Below are positions 38,178-52,863 of a DNA stretch of 64,000 bases, piece after piece. Position 1 is the first letter of the stretch. Each line of letters opens with the position of its first letter. Source of the stretch: Octopus vulgaris (Eukaryota). The stretch is taken from contig OX597826.1 of NCBI GenBank assembly GCA_951406725.2, positions 57,226,001 through 57,290,000 of the forward strand. Direction: 5' to 3'. Made by a program: the position numbers and the translations under genes. Below the pieces are notes generated by a model. It had not been told where the DNA came from. It made no database searches and saw only the letters and a list, made by a program, of their open reading frames with translations.

Positions 38178-38577
38178 TTCTTCAGCCATTTGACTGCAGT
38201 CATGCTGGAGCACTGACTTAAAGGGTTTTAGTTGAACAAATTGACCCCAGGACTTATTCTTTGCAAGCCTGGTACTTATTTTATCATTTTATGGGGACAT
38301 AAACACACCAGCATCAGTTGTCAAGCAATGGTGGGGCAGTGGACACAGACATACACACACATACACATGTATAAATATATACATCTATATATATATATAT
38401 ATATATAAAGAGAGAGAGAGAGATATGGGGTTCTTTCAGTTTCCATCTACCAAATCCTCTCACCAGGCTGTGGTCAGCCTGAGGTTAGAATAGAAGATAT
38501 TTGCCCAAGGTACCAGGCAGTGGGACTAAACCTGAAACCGTGTGGTTTGGAAGCAAGCCTCCTACCACACAGCCATG
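38178..38577 (-). mobile_element. SINE family A, older full-length copy
   Basis: Diverged but collinear; tail-to-tail with 37644-38055. Confidence 0.85.
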
Positions 38578-39111
38578 TCATTATGTATATAAATGAATAA
38601 TCTGTACATATATAAACATATGTATATCTATCTATCTCCCTTTTAACATTCACTTATCTATGCCAGTATGGCTAAATGGAATTCATTGAGGCAGATTTTT
38701 TTTACTGCAAGTCCTTTGTGTCACCTTCCCTCACTGGTTTCTTCATAGCCAGACATGTTTTTGCAGAAGATTGGAAACAAATGACACTACTTGTAAGATA
38801 GCAAATATCACATGATGTCAAGACAAGTAGAGACACACAAACTGGCACATAAATGTGTGTCTGTCTGTCTGCATGCGTGCATGCACATGCATGCACTTAT
38901 TAAGCAATAAGTGTTTATGCACAATACAGTGTAAATTAGAAGGACAGAAATGGGCTTAAATATTATAAGCCTCACTGTGCATTAAATAAGAATGTAACTT
39001 TCACTATTGCTTCTGTGAAGGAAAAAGAAAGACTCTCCTAATAGATCATTTTGTGATTTGTTGATATTCTTGTCATGTATAAAGTTAACACTGTGGGTGG
39101 GTGGGGAGTTG

Positions 39112-39274
39112 CCTAATTTGCATAATTGTGCTTTTTGATAGCTCATCATTAATTAAACAATATCTCTTTATGAACTATACAGCATAAATTAGAAGGGCTG
39201 AAATAAATATAACTAGATATAAGTTCTCTTTGATTGATGACAATCAGTAAAAAAGCACAAATATGCAAATTAGG
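39112..39274. repeat. Inverted repeat, 25-bp arms (24/25), each containing the octamer ATGCAAAT
   Basis: cctaatttgcataattgtgcttttt (39112-39136) versus aaaaagcacaaatatgcaaattagg (39250-39274). Confidence 0.85.
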
Positions 39275-39488
39275 TTCTCTATCACGGTGCTACTCCAATT
39301 CATGATTAGCTTATAGGCAGCTAATCCATACTGTTGGTTTGGAAGGAAACTCAGAGTGTCTCTTCTGAGTAGTGATCAGCAATCCGTGAAATGGATTAAC
39401 ACAGACTGTTAATCTGCAGATCAGTAGCATAGATTGTATTTATATTCTTACTTAACCCACAGCTGTGCTTTATAATATGTATACATAT

Positions 39489-39538
<50 letters not shown>

Positions 39539-39753
39539 ATGCATCTGCATGTATACATATATAAACAAGTATATGTATGTATACATATATCTATACACAT
39601 ACAGATATATATATACACATATTATCTATGTATATCTGTATGTGTGTCCATAAACCTATATGCATACAAATACATTTTCATACAGACACATAAGCACATT
39701 ACCCACAATGATAAATATTTATGTATATAGACAGACATGTACACAAACACACA

Positions 39754-39785
<32 letters not shown>

Positions 39786-40133
39786 CTTACATACATGCAT
39801 ATAAATATATATATTCACATAAATACTTGCATATACATATATACACATGTATCTATGTATGCATAAGTTACTGTATATCAATACAAATGTATGCATACAA
39901 ATGCACTTTTGTACACAGATGCATAAACACTTTCAAATTTACTAAATTTACATACAGGTACATGTGTATTGGTAGCTGTACAAAGACACACAAGCTTACA
40001 TACCTAAATTACAAGAGCTGTAAACAAATTTAGTTTTGAACATCTAACATTATTTTTCTACATGATAGCCTGTTGCATACACTTCCACCTACACGCACAT
40101 ACATTTCATGTACATCCATGCATATATATGTGC

Positions 40134-40227
<94 letters not shown>

Positions 40228-41344
40228 TGTATGTATGTGTGTGTGTATACATAAGGTACACACATACACACACACACACACATACACACACACACACTGC
40301 AATGAACTTTCAGAGAATTAAGAATAAGTGGATTGTGATGTAGCAACAGTAGTAGCAGCAGCAGCAGCAGCAGCAACGGTAAATAGTAATAGTAGGTGCA
40401 GCAGTAGCAACACCAGCAGCTATAGTAATGGTTTTAGCGGCAGCAGAAACAGCAGCAGTCACATGCTAAGGTACAGTACTATAAGACACGGTAAGTAGTA
40501 GTAGTGGTAGTAGTAGTAGTAGTAGTAGTAGCCGAATAACAGGTAACAATGTCGTAGTAAAATGTCTATTTAAAGATTAGATTGAGAGATGGATGGTAAG
40601 GTCAGATAAGGAGGTGGAGGAGGATGAAGATGAGGAGGAATGATAGATATATAGATAAAGAAGAGGAGGAGGGGAAAGTGGTAGGTATTTGAAGATAGAC
40701 AGCCTAAACTACCTTCCTTTTCTCATATACACGCATGGAGATGCTTACACATAAATATAGAAAATATGTTGAACCAACAAAGAGGCCATTATATGCTTAC
40801 TTATACTGCTAGAAATAAAAGCTAAATCTCCCTCAATTGATACATAATCATCTTAGAAAAGGACACATTGGATAACATAGTCCTGGATTCCCTGTGCATT
40901 GAGAAAGACAAAATGGTCATAAGTCTGCTCAATCAAGGTTGACCTAGGGTGATATAACCTCGATACTTTTGTGTATGTATTTCTGTCTGTGTGTGTGTGT
41001 GTGTTAGAGTGTGTATATGTATTTATGAGTATGTATATATGAATATGGTGACAAGAAGGACATCAAGTCATAAAAAAGTCTGCTTCAATGAATTGTCTAA
41101 CCCATGAAAGCATGAAAAAGTAGGCATTAAAATGGTAATGATAAAACACACACACACACACACAAACATATTTACACACACATACCCTCATTGTTTATAC
41201 AGATATTTATATTCTTTAATTGGTTTAGTCTATTTTTTTAACTCAGTAGGAGAAAAGTAAAATCTAATCTGAACAGGATTTGAACCCAGATTGCAACTAT
41301 ATATGTGTAAAACTGCTGTCATCCATATATACAGACTTGTCCAT

Positions 41345-41585
41345 TACAGGTGCTGGTGCCATATAAAGTGCACTTGTGTCAGTGCTGCATAAGTGTACCC
41401 ATGCCAGTGGCTTGTAGAAAGCACCCAACACACTCTGTAAAGTGGTTAGCGTTAGGAAAGGCATCAAGCTATAGAAACTATGCCACAGCTGACAACTGGA
41501 GTCTTGACAGCTCCCTGGCTGGCCAGCACCTGTCAAACTTTCCAACCCATACCAGCATGGAAAGCGGACTTTGAACAATGATGAT
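41345..41585 (+). mobile_element. SINE family B, diverged
   Basis: aagcacccaacacactctgtaaagtggttagcgttaggaaaggcatc...cagcatggaaagcggac. Confidence 0.8.
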
Positions 41586-42966
41586 ATTAATGTATGAAAA
41601 TATCTTAGTTTACAATGAATAGATTTCAGCAGATTAAAATAGTTAAGACAATTCAAAATTAGAACATCTAAGGTTCATTATGGCCCATTTTAGAACAGGT
41701 TTCTGTCTTTCTGTAATGGAAGCTTGTCTGCAAAGTTGAGCCATAGCATCAACGAAACATTAGCATACAATGGACTTTTAACAATGGAGAACCTAGTCTA
41801 AGAAAATCAGTAATACCAAAAAATAAAGTGATTGTTTGCAATAGGAAAATATTGGGTTCTATGCAAAATCCTCGTAAGCACATTATATCACATACTTTTA
41901 CAACATATACACTTGTATTACACCACAAGCACCATTTCACACACAAACATAATTTACCATACACAGACATCTGGTTAGACAAAACCATTTTCTTGAAATA
42001 CATACATACACACAACACACACCTAAATGCTATACTACTCACATACATACAATTCATACCATACGCACACGGTACTGGTACTACAAATGCTCTTACACAC
42101 ATGCAATTTTGATATTTTTATCCTGTAGTATTCGTTTCTACATATTCAACATATTTCAATACTAAACACACCAATGACAAGTTCTATTCTATATATCTCA
42201 GATAACCCATTCTGTATTACCAACTCTACACAATTGTCATAAATTTAAAATACAGTAAATCTGGTGCTTTGTTAATGTAAAGCACTTGAGAAATTGAATA
42301 TATTACATATCTGCTGGCGCATACATGCTTATATACGTACATACATCTTTAGGTATTTCAAATAAGATGTATGAAACTCTGTCTAAATATGCATGTCTGT
42401 ATAAATGTGCATGCCAACAAAAATGTGTATGCAAACGCATATAGAGATAGATATATGTATATTCACATGCGCATATATTTCTGTAAATGGTTTAAGTATG
42501 TATAAATGTAAATACATAGATTCATGCTATTTAATGCGCATTTGTGCTAAGATAAATTTTGACTATGTATGCACACATGCATACAAGCACACACACACTC
42601 ATACATATATGCAGTGCATGTATGTGTATGTATGTGTGTTTGTATGTGTGCAACCAGTGTTTCTATCATGAATGTGATTAAGCACCTATGAGCATATGTC
42701 TACATGCATGCTGGCATGCTAGTGTGAATATATAGGCTTATGCTTATGTTTGCATGCTGCTTGTCAAATGTGTGTTTCTGTTCTGCTCAATGTCACTGAA
42801 TGAAACCCATGATTATGTGCAGCTACAACTTTTAACTCAGACTGCAATCAAATCAACAGCAGACACTGTCAGTCTCATATATTCACCGAAAGAATAAGCG
42901 CGAATAAATATCCATTAATGACCATTATTAATCTTTTCTACATTCATTTTACAGTTTTAAATGTCT

Positions 42967-43510
42967 GTTACCAACTGTAATTTTACCGTCTCAATTCTGC
43001 TGCTCGGTTGCTAACCATAATTTTACTGTCTCCATTCTGATGAGTTGCTAACTGTAATTTTACTGTCTCCATTCCAGTGGATTGCTAACTACAATTTTAC
43101 TGTCTCTATTCCAATGGGTTGCTAACTGTAATTTTACTACCTCCATTCTGCTTCTTAGTTGCTAACTGCTATTTTACTGTCTCCATTTTAGGGATTGCTA
43201 ACAGCAATTTTATTTACCGTCTCCACTTTAATGGGTGGTTAACTGTAATATTACCATCTCCATTTTGATGGGTTGCTAACTATTATTTTACTGTCTCCAT
43301 TCTAAGGGTTGCTAGCTGCAATTTTCTAGTCTTTATTCTGATGATTTACCAAGTGTATGCAATCTCATTTTCTCTAATTCAGATGCGTTACAATCTGTAA
43401 TTTTACCATCTCCATTCTAACTAGTTGCTAATAGCAATTGCTACCATATCTATCCTGTTAATAACTGTAATATCACTATCAATCTGTGTTGGTATTGCTA
43501 ACTATAATTT
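42967..43510. repeat. Diverged ~37-bp minisatellite, about 14-15 copies
   Basis: Consensus gttgctaactgtaattttactgtctccattctgatgg; fainter copies continue to about 43825. Confidence 0.92.
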
Positions 43511-44582
43511 CACAGGCTTTGCACATTGCTATGTTCAGAGTTAATCTTCCTCCATCACCTATAACTTTACCGATTCCATCCACCTTCCAGCTCAAATTCC
43601 ATTTTGTCCCCTTTAATCTTCTTATAACTATTTATCTATTTACATTAATAAATCGTAACTTGAAAGTTTCTATTTATTGCTGTAGATATCAATAATTTAT
43701 AGATTTCTACTTGGCTCAGTTGCAAACTATAATTTCATCATTACATTTCACTCTTGTTGCTAACAATTTCAATTTTTCTTTACTGTTCATTTCCATTCCT
43801 GTCACTATCAGTTGCTATCTAGCTTTCCTTTATACGCTGTAGCTTAAATGTAGTTCTTTGTTTCTTTTGTTAATTTCAGGCATGCCCCTGATTACACAAG
43901 TGTTGCATTCATGAAAAATCTTGCCATAATGCAGAATTCTGTAACAGGAAAGGTATTTTACTATTTACTTCTGTGTAACATAGTTAAAGGAAAAGTAGGC
44001 TTCATGTTATGGAACTCCATGTTAAGCAAAATTTCCAGGTCTGTCACTCTTCCATAACATGAGGCATGACTATAATAGTTAATAGCTATGCTTTTATATG
44101 GAAGACAACAACAAAAACTATTTTTAAAAATTTATGTTGCTGGTAGTTTTTTGGCTCTTGGGTACTCTATCTTCTCTTTCTTTCCCTCTCTGTCTGTCAC
44201 CTGTTCTCTCTCTGTCTATTCCATTGCATATCATCTTCACCCAAATACACCCAATGTATTTGTTTCTTCTCCTCTCATCGCTTCTACAATGTCTTGCCTC
44301 CAGGCCCACTCAGACCACCTTATTTGACCTTTTCTTCCCAGAATGTAAAGTCTCTGAAAGTACATCACCACCGATTATATTCCCTGAAGCAATAGATTAA
44401 ATTCTAAATGAATATCATATGATCAATGTGTCCAGTCTCAGAAAATCAGCAAAAGTAATAAGCACCACCACAACACCTAACAAAGCCGCAATAAATAAAC
44501 AAATGTTAATTCAAAAAAAAAAAGGAGTGAATGATAGTATGTATGTATTGTGAATACATCCTGACCTGTGAGAGGCTCTTAA

Positions 44583-44802
44583 CCCTTTCGTTACTAACCC
44601 GGCCAAAACCGGCTCTGGCTCTGTGGTAAAATGTCTTATTTTCATAAGTTTTGAATTAAAACCTTCCACCAAACCTTAGTCACAATTTATGTTCCTAACA
44701 CTAGCTTAATGATAACTAAGTTCTTTTACTAAATTCTTTGTTATATTTAAAATAATTGAAAGAAACACAGAGCATCTCAAAATAAATACAGTAACAAAAG
44801 GG
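44583..44802. mobile_element. piggyBac-type MITE (TTAA target duplication)
   Basis: TTAA|ccctttcgttact ... agtaacaaaaggg|TTAA (12/13 TIR match). Confidence 0.9.
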
Positions 44803-45621
44803 TTAAAGAGTTCTGGTTTTGTGATACAAAAGAAATAACCAGCTTGGACTGAATGCCAGACTTCTACAAGTAACATTTCTAGATCTGGTGACTATTCTTC
44901 AACATTTTGGTAAAATATAACAATTCATAATAGAAAGATATTTTCCTAAATGTAACAAAACATAACAATTATACCAGATTCTAACTCACAGACTATGAAC
45001 AGAGATAGCCTAATACCTTTAGTCAACCTTCCTATACAATATTTATGACTCTATAGACACTTTATGTTTATTTGCAAAACACACACATATACACAAAAGA
45101 AACAAGTTCAATGCTTTCCATAACCAACAAGACCAATTTGTATAGATGCCAGGATTTTTCACCAGACAGTAGTTGTTAATGATGCTTAGCTTCAAGTCAG
45201 CCTTAACTCTACATCTATTTTCAAAAGTATTCCAAGCCATGACCATCCCTTTGTCAATTCAGACAGAATTGTCTTGGACAGACAGTAAACTATCCAAAGT
45301 GTCTTTTTTAGCAGATGATAGTGTGATTTGAGAGAGATTTGGTTGCTATGTCTAGCATGTCAAATGACTGTAAAGCAGTTTCCCCACTGACTCGTGATAC
45401 TGACCACTTCTTTCATGTCATGCTGAAAGGAGCAGCCAATGGATATTGAACTAAAGGTTTCTCCTGGTGTGATGTCTCCTTGTTATATCAGTTTGCAGTG
45501 CATTTATTTATGGTTGGGTTAAACATACTAACAGATAAAGCTCCACACTATCTTTAAAAGACAATTTATAATTGAATATGAAACCATCCTTAGTATCGAC
45601 TAGCAACTGTATAATAGTTAA

Positions 45622-45816
45622 TCTTTTTGATACCAAACCAACTAAGACCACTCTCGTTTGAAATGATCTAAATCAAAACTTTCTATCAAACTTCCATGTA
45701 AATTTATGTTCCATTTTAATAATGATGAAAGTTATTTTTATTTAAACTCTTCTTCATTTGTAAAATTAACTGAAACAAAGCCAGCGTGTTTCAACCGAAA
45801 TACAGTATCAAAAAGG
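45622..45816. mobile_element. piggyBac-type MITE, diverged relative of 44583-44802
   Basis: TTAA|tctttttgatac ... gtatcaaaaagg|TTAA; shares internal aatttatgttcc and aaatacagta. Confidence 0.75.
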
Positions 45817-46720
45817 TTAAGCATCAAATTATCATTATGGACGACAGAGAGTATAATGCGATTATGACAAAAAGTAGTTGAAAGAAAATATACATAGCAT
45901 AATCTAAATACATATAGTAGCAGAATCTAATTAAAATAGATTAATACTACTTTATTTGCTCTAAGCATAAACATTATATACTAACATCTATTGTAAATGA
46001 AAGAGTCATCTCTGCCAATAAGTAAACGCAGACAAAGATTTTTACTGATATGCACATTTTGTTTCTTTAATAATTTGGCAGGATTATTAATGTCATACTC
46101 CTATGAAATGTTAATTAAACTAGCCTGTGGTATCTCTCGCTGTCTCTTATTTTCTCTCTCACTCCTTCTCTCATCCATATGTATGAATCTATCTATCAAT
46201 AAAAATTCTTTTATACTTTTGATAGTTGTAGTAAATTGACAAACCAAGGTACCATCTTCTAGAGTACAGCTGATTACATCAATTCCAGAACACATCTCAT
46301 CAAACTCAGAAAAAGGAAAAAATAAAGTGAACTGGGTTGAGATTTGAACACTGAACATAAAAGGACACAGCAAGTATAACAAATTATTTTCTCCAATACT
46401 CTACCAGTTTACCATTTACTTTCTATATATATCATGGATAGATTTCAATTGATATTACATAGTGCGTAACTGGTACTTAATTTAGAAACATTGTATGAGT
46501 ATCAAAATCACATTTCTATTTATCAACAAATGCAGGTATGGTTCTAGGATGTGTGGTTAAGAAGTGCACTTTTTGACTATGTTGTTTGTGGTTCAGTCCC
46601 ACTGCGCAGCACCTTAGGCAATCAATTTTTCTTATAATCCCCATCCAACCAATGCCCTTAAGAGTTGAACTGTGAGGAAGCTACAAATAGATATATACAC
46701 ACACAACATAAATATATATA

Positions 46721-46771
<51 letters not shown>

Positions 46772-46962
46772 GCTGTGCAGGTGGCACGTAAAAAGCACCC
46801 ACTACACTCTCAGAATGGTTGGCGTTAGGAAGGGCATCCAGCTGTAGAAACACTGCCAGATCAGACTGGGCCTGGCACAGCCTTCTGGCTTCTCAGACCC
46901 TAGTTGAACCATCCAACCCATGCTAGCATGGAAAACGGACGTTAAATGATGATGATGATGAT
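46772..46962 (+). mobile_element. SINE family B 3' part
   Basis: gtggcacgtaaaaagcacccactacac...ggacgttaaatgatgatgatg. Confidence 0.88.
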
Positions 46963-48289
46963 ATATATATGATGATGGCCATCCACTCATGGCCAAGGAA
47001 GACCATTGCTGACCTTCAGGAACATTGCACACTATAGGACTAACATATATTTAGCATTTGCAGCTCTGTTGGTGGCTAAAGAGCCCTGCTCTTGACAAGC
47101 ATACACGACTGCAAACATTGCAAACCAAGCTTTCCTCATTCACTACACCAGCAGTGCTCTTTCGACACACACATGTATGCAGCATGTGCGTGGGGAAACT
47201 GTGAGAGATTCGTGTGCATAAATGTCATTTTGGCATGTTCACCTTAGCAGAAGACAATAACATAGTTTGCCTTCTGAGAATAAATGCTCTGCAGTTCAAC
47301 AGACATGTGATGCAGATGGAATACAAAAATATTTTACTTGAATAAACAAGAAAGGGTTGGCAATAGAAAAAGCATCTGGCCATTGAAAATCTGCTTCGAA
47401 ATTTCATCTAATCCATGCTAGCATGAAAAAACAGACATGATGATGATGATGATGATCAATAATCTTTGCTGCATCTTTCTTTTTAATGTCTATCAATCTA
47501 TCTATTTCATCTAAAGTCGATGATTCACTATCACTATTCTGTGTTTCTTGCTTGTGTGCATTCATCCAAATCACCTGCATGAATGCACATAGTAAGAGAC
47601 TTGGAGTAGCGACATAGTGAATCACCTGCTTGGAATAAATAAATAGGATATTACATGAATTTAGAATTTTACTCCTACTTATATACCTGAAAGTGCATGC
47701 AAACACACTCATAATAAAATGTAATCACCCACAATAAAATGTAATGAATTCAGGTGCACAAATAACCAACAGTCATTATTATACTCTAATAAACACTACC
47801 AAACTAGTCCTGAGTACTCTCATTTCTTATATAGGACAATCACTCACTCACACACACACACACAAACACACACATGGCTGCTCTTAAGAATTTTACTTCC
47901 CAGCCTCATGATTCCATGTCATGCCCCACTGTGTGACAGCTTGGGCAAATATCTTCTACTATAACCCAGGGCCAACCAAAGCCTTGTAAGTGGTATATGA
48001 TAACTGAAAGAAGACTGTCATATGCACATGTGTATCTGCTTACATTTGTGATTCCCCAAAATGGAGTTGTAATGTTGTCATTTCCGTCACCAACAATTCT
48101 TTGCTGGCTTTGCCTCTTAAAAGACTTGTGGAATAAGAGACTATTATTTGAAAAAAAAAAACAAATAAGGGTTTAGTGACAGGAAGGGTATCCAGCAGTA
48201 AAACAATATAGTCATCTAACCCATGCTAACACAATAAAATGAACATAAACATGAATGGATATATATATATTTTTTTTTTTTTCTCCGTG

Positions 48290-48665
48290 CTAGTAGGGTA
48301 TTAAGAGCACCATCTGAGTGGGATCGTTGCCAGAGCGGCTATCTGGCCTTGGTGCCGGTGGCACGTAAAAAACACCATTCGAGCATGATCGTTACCAGCA
48401 TTGCCTTACTGGCATCTGCGCCGGTGGCATGTATAAAAAATTCGAGCGAGGTCGTTGCCAGTGCCACCTGACTGGCCCCATGCCAGTGGCATGTAAAAGT
48501 ACCCACTACACTCTCGGAGTGGTTGGCGTTAGGAAGGTCATCCAGCGGTAGAAACTCTGCCAGATCAAGATTGAAGCCTGGTGCAGCCATCTGGTTCGCC
48601 AGCCCCCAGTCACACGTCCAACCCATGCTAGCATGGAAAGCGGACGTTAAACGATGATATGATGA
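48290..48665 (+). mobile_element. SINE family B with internal repeats
   Basis: Three to four gtgccggtggcacgtaaaaa modules plus the conserved 3' end. Confidence 0.88.
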
Positions 48666-49200
48666 TTCCATGTGGAAAAAGACTGTGACTTTGTAGTGCA
48701 TAAGTCTTTTAAAGAATGGATTGACTGGCTTTGACCTTCTGACCACAGCCTAACACATTCCAGCTGATTCATCACAGTGGCTAGATATTAACAGAATTTC
48801 TTTTACTCTAAATATAATAAATACATACATCAAGTTAAGGCATTAAAAAATAGCACTCAGCAAGTCTGCTAAAATATGTTTCATGTATCAGATATGACAC
48901 AGACTATGTTGTAAATTTTTAAAATCAATATTGCCTGCCCAATCTCTTGATGTAAGAAAACAAATGTTAAGAGTATAACACTCAAATGAGTTGATACATT
49001 CTTTTGAAGATTTGTACACTACAAAGTGCACAAATCTCAGTCTATTTCATCATGGAAAATATATATATGTTAGAATGTATAAAAGACACTTTAACATTCA
49101 TACATGCATTACATACCCATACATCGAAAAACCTCTTTGCAGTCACTCAACCTGCAGCTAGAAATAGCCGACAACTTTTAATTTACAGCTTGCATCTTGA

Positions 49201-49419
49201 CCCTTTAACATTTAAACTGACCATATCTAGCCCAAATATTTTACCTTCTTTATCTTCAAACTGGCCAGATCTGGTCTCTTGTATCTATTCTACAATGTCA
49301 TTCTAAGAATCACAATCACATTGGTGAAATATAGAAACTGCAAGATAATGCCTAATTAATTAAAAGCAATGTGAATATATAAGCAGTACATTGTACAGAA
49401 TAGTATAAATGATAAAGGG
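49201..49419. mobile_element. piggyBac-type MITE, same family as 13761-13981
   Basis: ttga|ccctttaacatttaaac...ttcaaactggccagatctggtctct...taaaggg|TTAA. Confidence 0.8.
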
Positions 49420-51828
49420 TTAAAGAAAAGAACATTGGATAATGTATTCCTAGATACACCATGGCAGCAAAAAAAAAAAAATGATAGGATAGTCATAGAA
49501 AATATACCTGGTCGGTCTGCTGACCTGAAGTTAAATATAACAACAAATCTTACCACTACAACAGCCATACAAATATGCAACACATACATACATAGGCATG
49601 TATGGGTTATAAATCTACTTCCGCTGAAAGCTTTTACATCTTTTAAGATACTGTGTGAGAAATATTTACAATATAAACATCAAAAGAAAACAGTGAAATG
49701 CTTTAGACTGAACTGCCTATTCTTATAATTGAAGTGCTGATTGCTTGACAAGCTTTTATAAATTACCATCCACCTTCAAATCATTGACCAAAACTGAAAA
49801 AATAAATATTACAGGTAAGTTGTTGGATTTGTTTTATTCTGATGTTGCTGTTGTTATTTTTACCTCATCAAATGAAAAGTTTCTGTAGACATCTTACTTT
49901 AATCTTATAGTTGTATTTTCACAATTTCCATGTGTACTATGCGCAATCCACATCTACGAAACAGACTTTGTAGAAATCAAATCAGCCATAAACTTATTTT
50001 ATTAAATTAAAACCTTTTCCCCACACCTGAAAACTTCTATTATTTTTTTCTCTAAGCCGTGATGGGTTTGAAGCAGGTTGGCTATTAATAGTTCAACAAG
50101 CATTTGCTTGTATTGAGTAAAGGTGGTGAGTCAGGATGGAATAGAGGAACCAAAAAAAAAAATGGAAGGAAGGAAAGAGAATAAAGTCTAGAAATGATCC
50201 GTTTTCCATAATGAAAATTGAAACAAAATAATATTCTACAGGTTTTTGTGTTTATTATTATATTTTTCTTTTTATCTCTCAAATTGACAAGTGAACAGTA
50301 ATGGACAATGAAGGGAGACATAAGAGAGAGACAGCAAAGGGACCCCATCTAACCAGAATTGGGAGAAAAAGAAAAAGACATCAGTTACATTACTGCTAGC
50401 ATCATATACAGCAAAGCAACCACAGTAGAAGTAAAAAGAGTTTTTCTTTCTTTTTTTTTATCTCTTCCTTCTTTTTTTTTTTTTCAAGAATAAAAAAAAT
50501 TGAAGACTTTCAAAAGCCAGGAAAACAGCAAAACACACACACACACATATAAAACACACAGACCTATAAATAAAAAGACAGAAAAAGTTTTCAATTCTAT
50601 GACAGTTTTGTATCCCTTTGTCCTTCCCTCCCTCTCTCCCTCCTTGTCTTTTTCTCTCTCTTTCTCTCTCTCTTTCTCTCTCTCTCACACACACACACAC
50701 ATTCTTGGTTGCTTTCTATCTTTCTTTCTTGTCTCCTTTTTTTTGTCTTCAATTTATAAGAAGTTTAGAAAATAATGATTCTTGTACAATTCCGATATAT
50801 AAACAAGAGTATCAATGGAGAGTTATTGTGAGGAGAAGTTCCAGAGAGCCATGCGGGGATGCATACTGACAAATATCTTCTGTCAGAGAGATGACGGAAG
50901 AAACAGATAACTTAATCTCCGATGGATTTACTTTTCATAAAACAACAAAAATGAAAAGGTTTCATAAAATTCCTTCGAAAAGGCTTCAATTTGTTTCGAA
51001 TATTCAAATGTTCCTGTTTAATATCCAGGCATTCTCTAAGGGATATCAATACAGAATTATTCTTTCTTTGTCTCCACCCTCCACCATAAACTACAGCCCC
51101 ATTACGATGGGTGAGATTCATGTATGTCAACAACTACCTTGTGGTAAAACCGGCAGCAGCAAGAAATCAAAAATTTCCCTAAAGATATACAGTTGTTAAA
51201 TTCAGCATAATCAAAGGGGCACATTGCCTATTTATTATCATTTCCTCTGCTATATTTCTATTGTAATCTTTACTATTATAGAAATAACAATATCTCAACA
51301 ACAGCAATAACAAAAAAAAAAAAGGCAGCAGCAGCAGCAGCAGGAGAAACAACAACAACAACAATAATGTTGGAAATAGCAGAAACGGAGGGGGGTGGAG
51401 AGAAAAAGGGAAAAAAAAAAAGTCACTATAACAAGCAACATCTATGACAATGCTAACAATAACAACAACAACAACATTTGCTATGACATCAGTAGCAAAA
51501 ACATCAGCAATTGCAAGAACAAGAACAAGAACAACTCCGATGACGGGAGCAGGAAGAAGAAACCGCAGAAAGAAGTTTGCAGCAAACAATATATGAATGA
51601 TAAAAACAAACTATGACAAAAACGACAACAAAAGATATAACAGCTGCAGCAGAAGTAACAACAACAACAGCAACAACAACAAAATGAAAAGAAAAACAAA
51701 AACCAACATACATTCCAATAGTTTCTTTTTAAGATGAAATTATTGAAAAGCAATGAATAAGATTCTTATCAAATATGGATATTTAATCCACTACCATCAC
51801 AACTACCATCACCAAAGAAATTGTCAAG

Positions 51829-51879
<51 letters not shown>

Positions 51880-51979
51880 CACACACATATAAGCATATCT
51901 ATGCATATAAGTATTCCCACACCTACATATTTATCTATATACAGTTACACATTCATACACACACACACAGACGTGTGTC

Positions 51980-52015
<36 letters not shown>

Positions 52016-52049
52016 ACACTGCATATAATTACATTTACATATTTGTATA

Positions 52050-52340
<291 letters not shown>

Positions 52341-52818
52341 ATGATATATATATGTGCTCACAAAATCACTGTGTTTATATATTATAATATTAATCCTCAT
52401 CTTCGTTAACATATTACTGGCAATATATCCATAATTGCATGGGTCAGACAAAACTTTGTTCAGAACTTTTTGCAGCCACTTGCTCGTCCTATCACCAACC
52501 CTTACCTCTTTCCAAGAAAGGTAGCATTTCTTCAAACAATGTGTAACTTGGATATGCTTTCAAGGAAGATTGTAAACAAATGATACTTTTTCATGTGATA
52601 AGTGACATTTTGTTAGCAATCAGCATATATACATCAAGACGAGAGCAATACAAACACACATGCACACAGACACAGACATCTCTAGCTACAATAGAGGATT
52701 CCAATCAACAGAGTCCAGGTAGTGAGAGAAACTCATAACACCATTTAGAATTTTTTTAGCAAATTTCTTAATGACACAGTAATGTCTGCACCTATACATA
52801 TATAGTTGTGTGAATACA

Positions 52819-52863
<45 letters not shown>

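Noticed and set aside
42967-43510. CRISPR-like 37-bp periodicity, and CTGATGA-GTT-GCT-AAC as a possible hammerhead array
   Set aside because: Units are contiguous with no unique spacers, the context is eukaryotic with no cas genes, and the GAAA half of the hammerhead core is absent.
43880-43952. Plus-strand exon candidate (HAPDYTSVAFMKNLAIMQNSVTGK); a similar 39-nt candidate at 57663-57701
   Set aside because: Splice-like signals of this strength are expected by chance in T-rich DNA, and no homology or partner exons were found.
49805-49820. Other AG|GTAAGT motifs on the plus strand (about 49812 and 23979)
   Set aside because: No polypyrimidine tract upstream, unlike the site at 31075.
51290-51700. 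Poly-Q/N/K-like ORFs in (AAC)/(AGC) tracts, also 40340-40530
   Set aside because: Low-complexity trinucleotide repeats with no splice or homology support.
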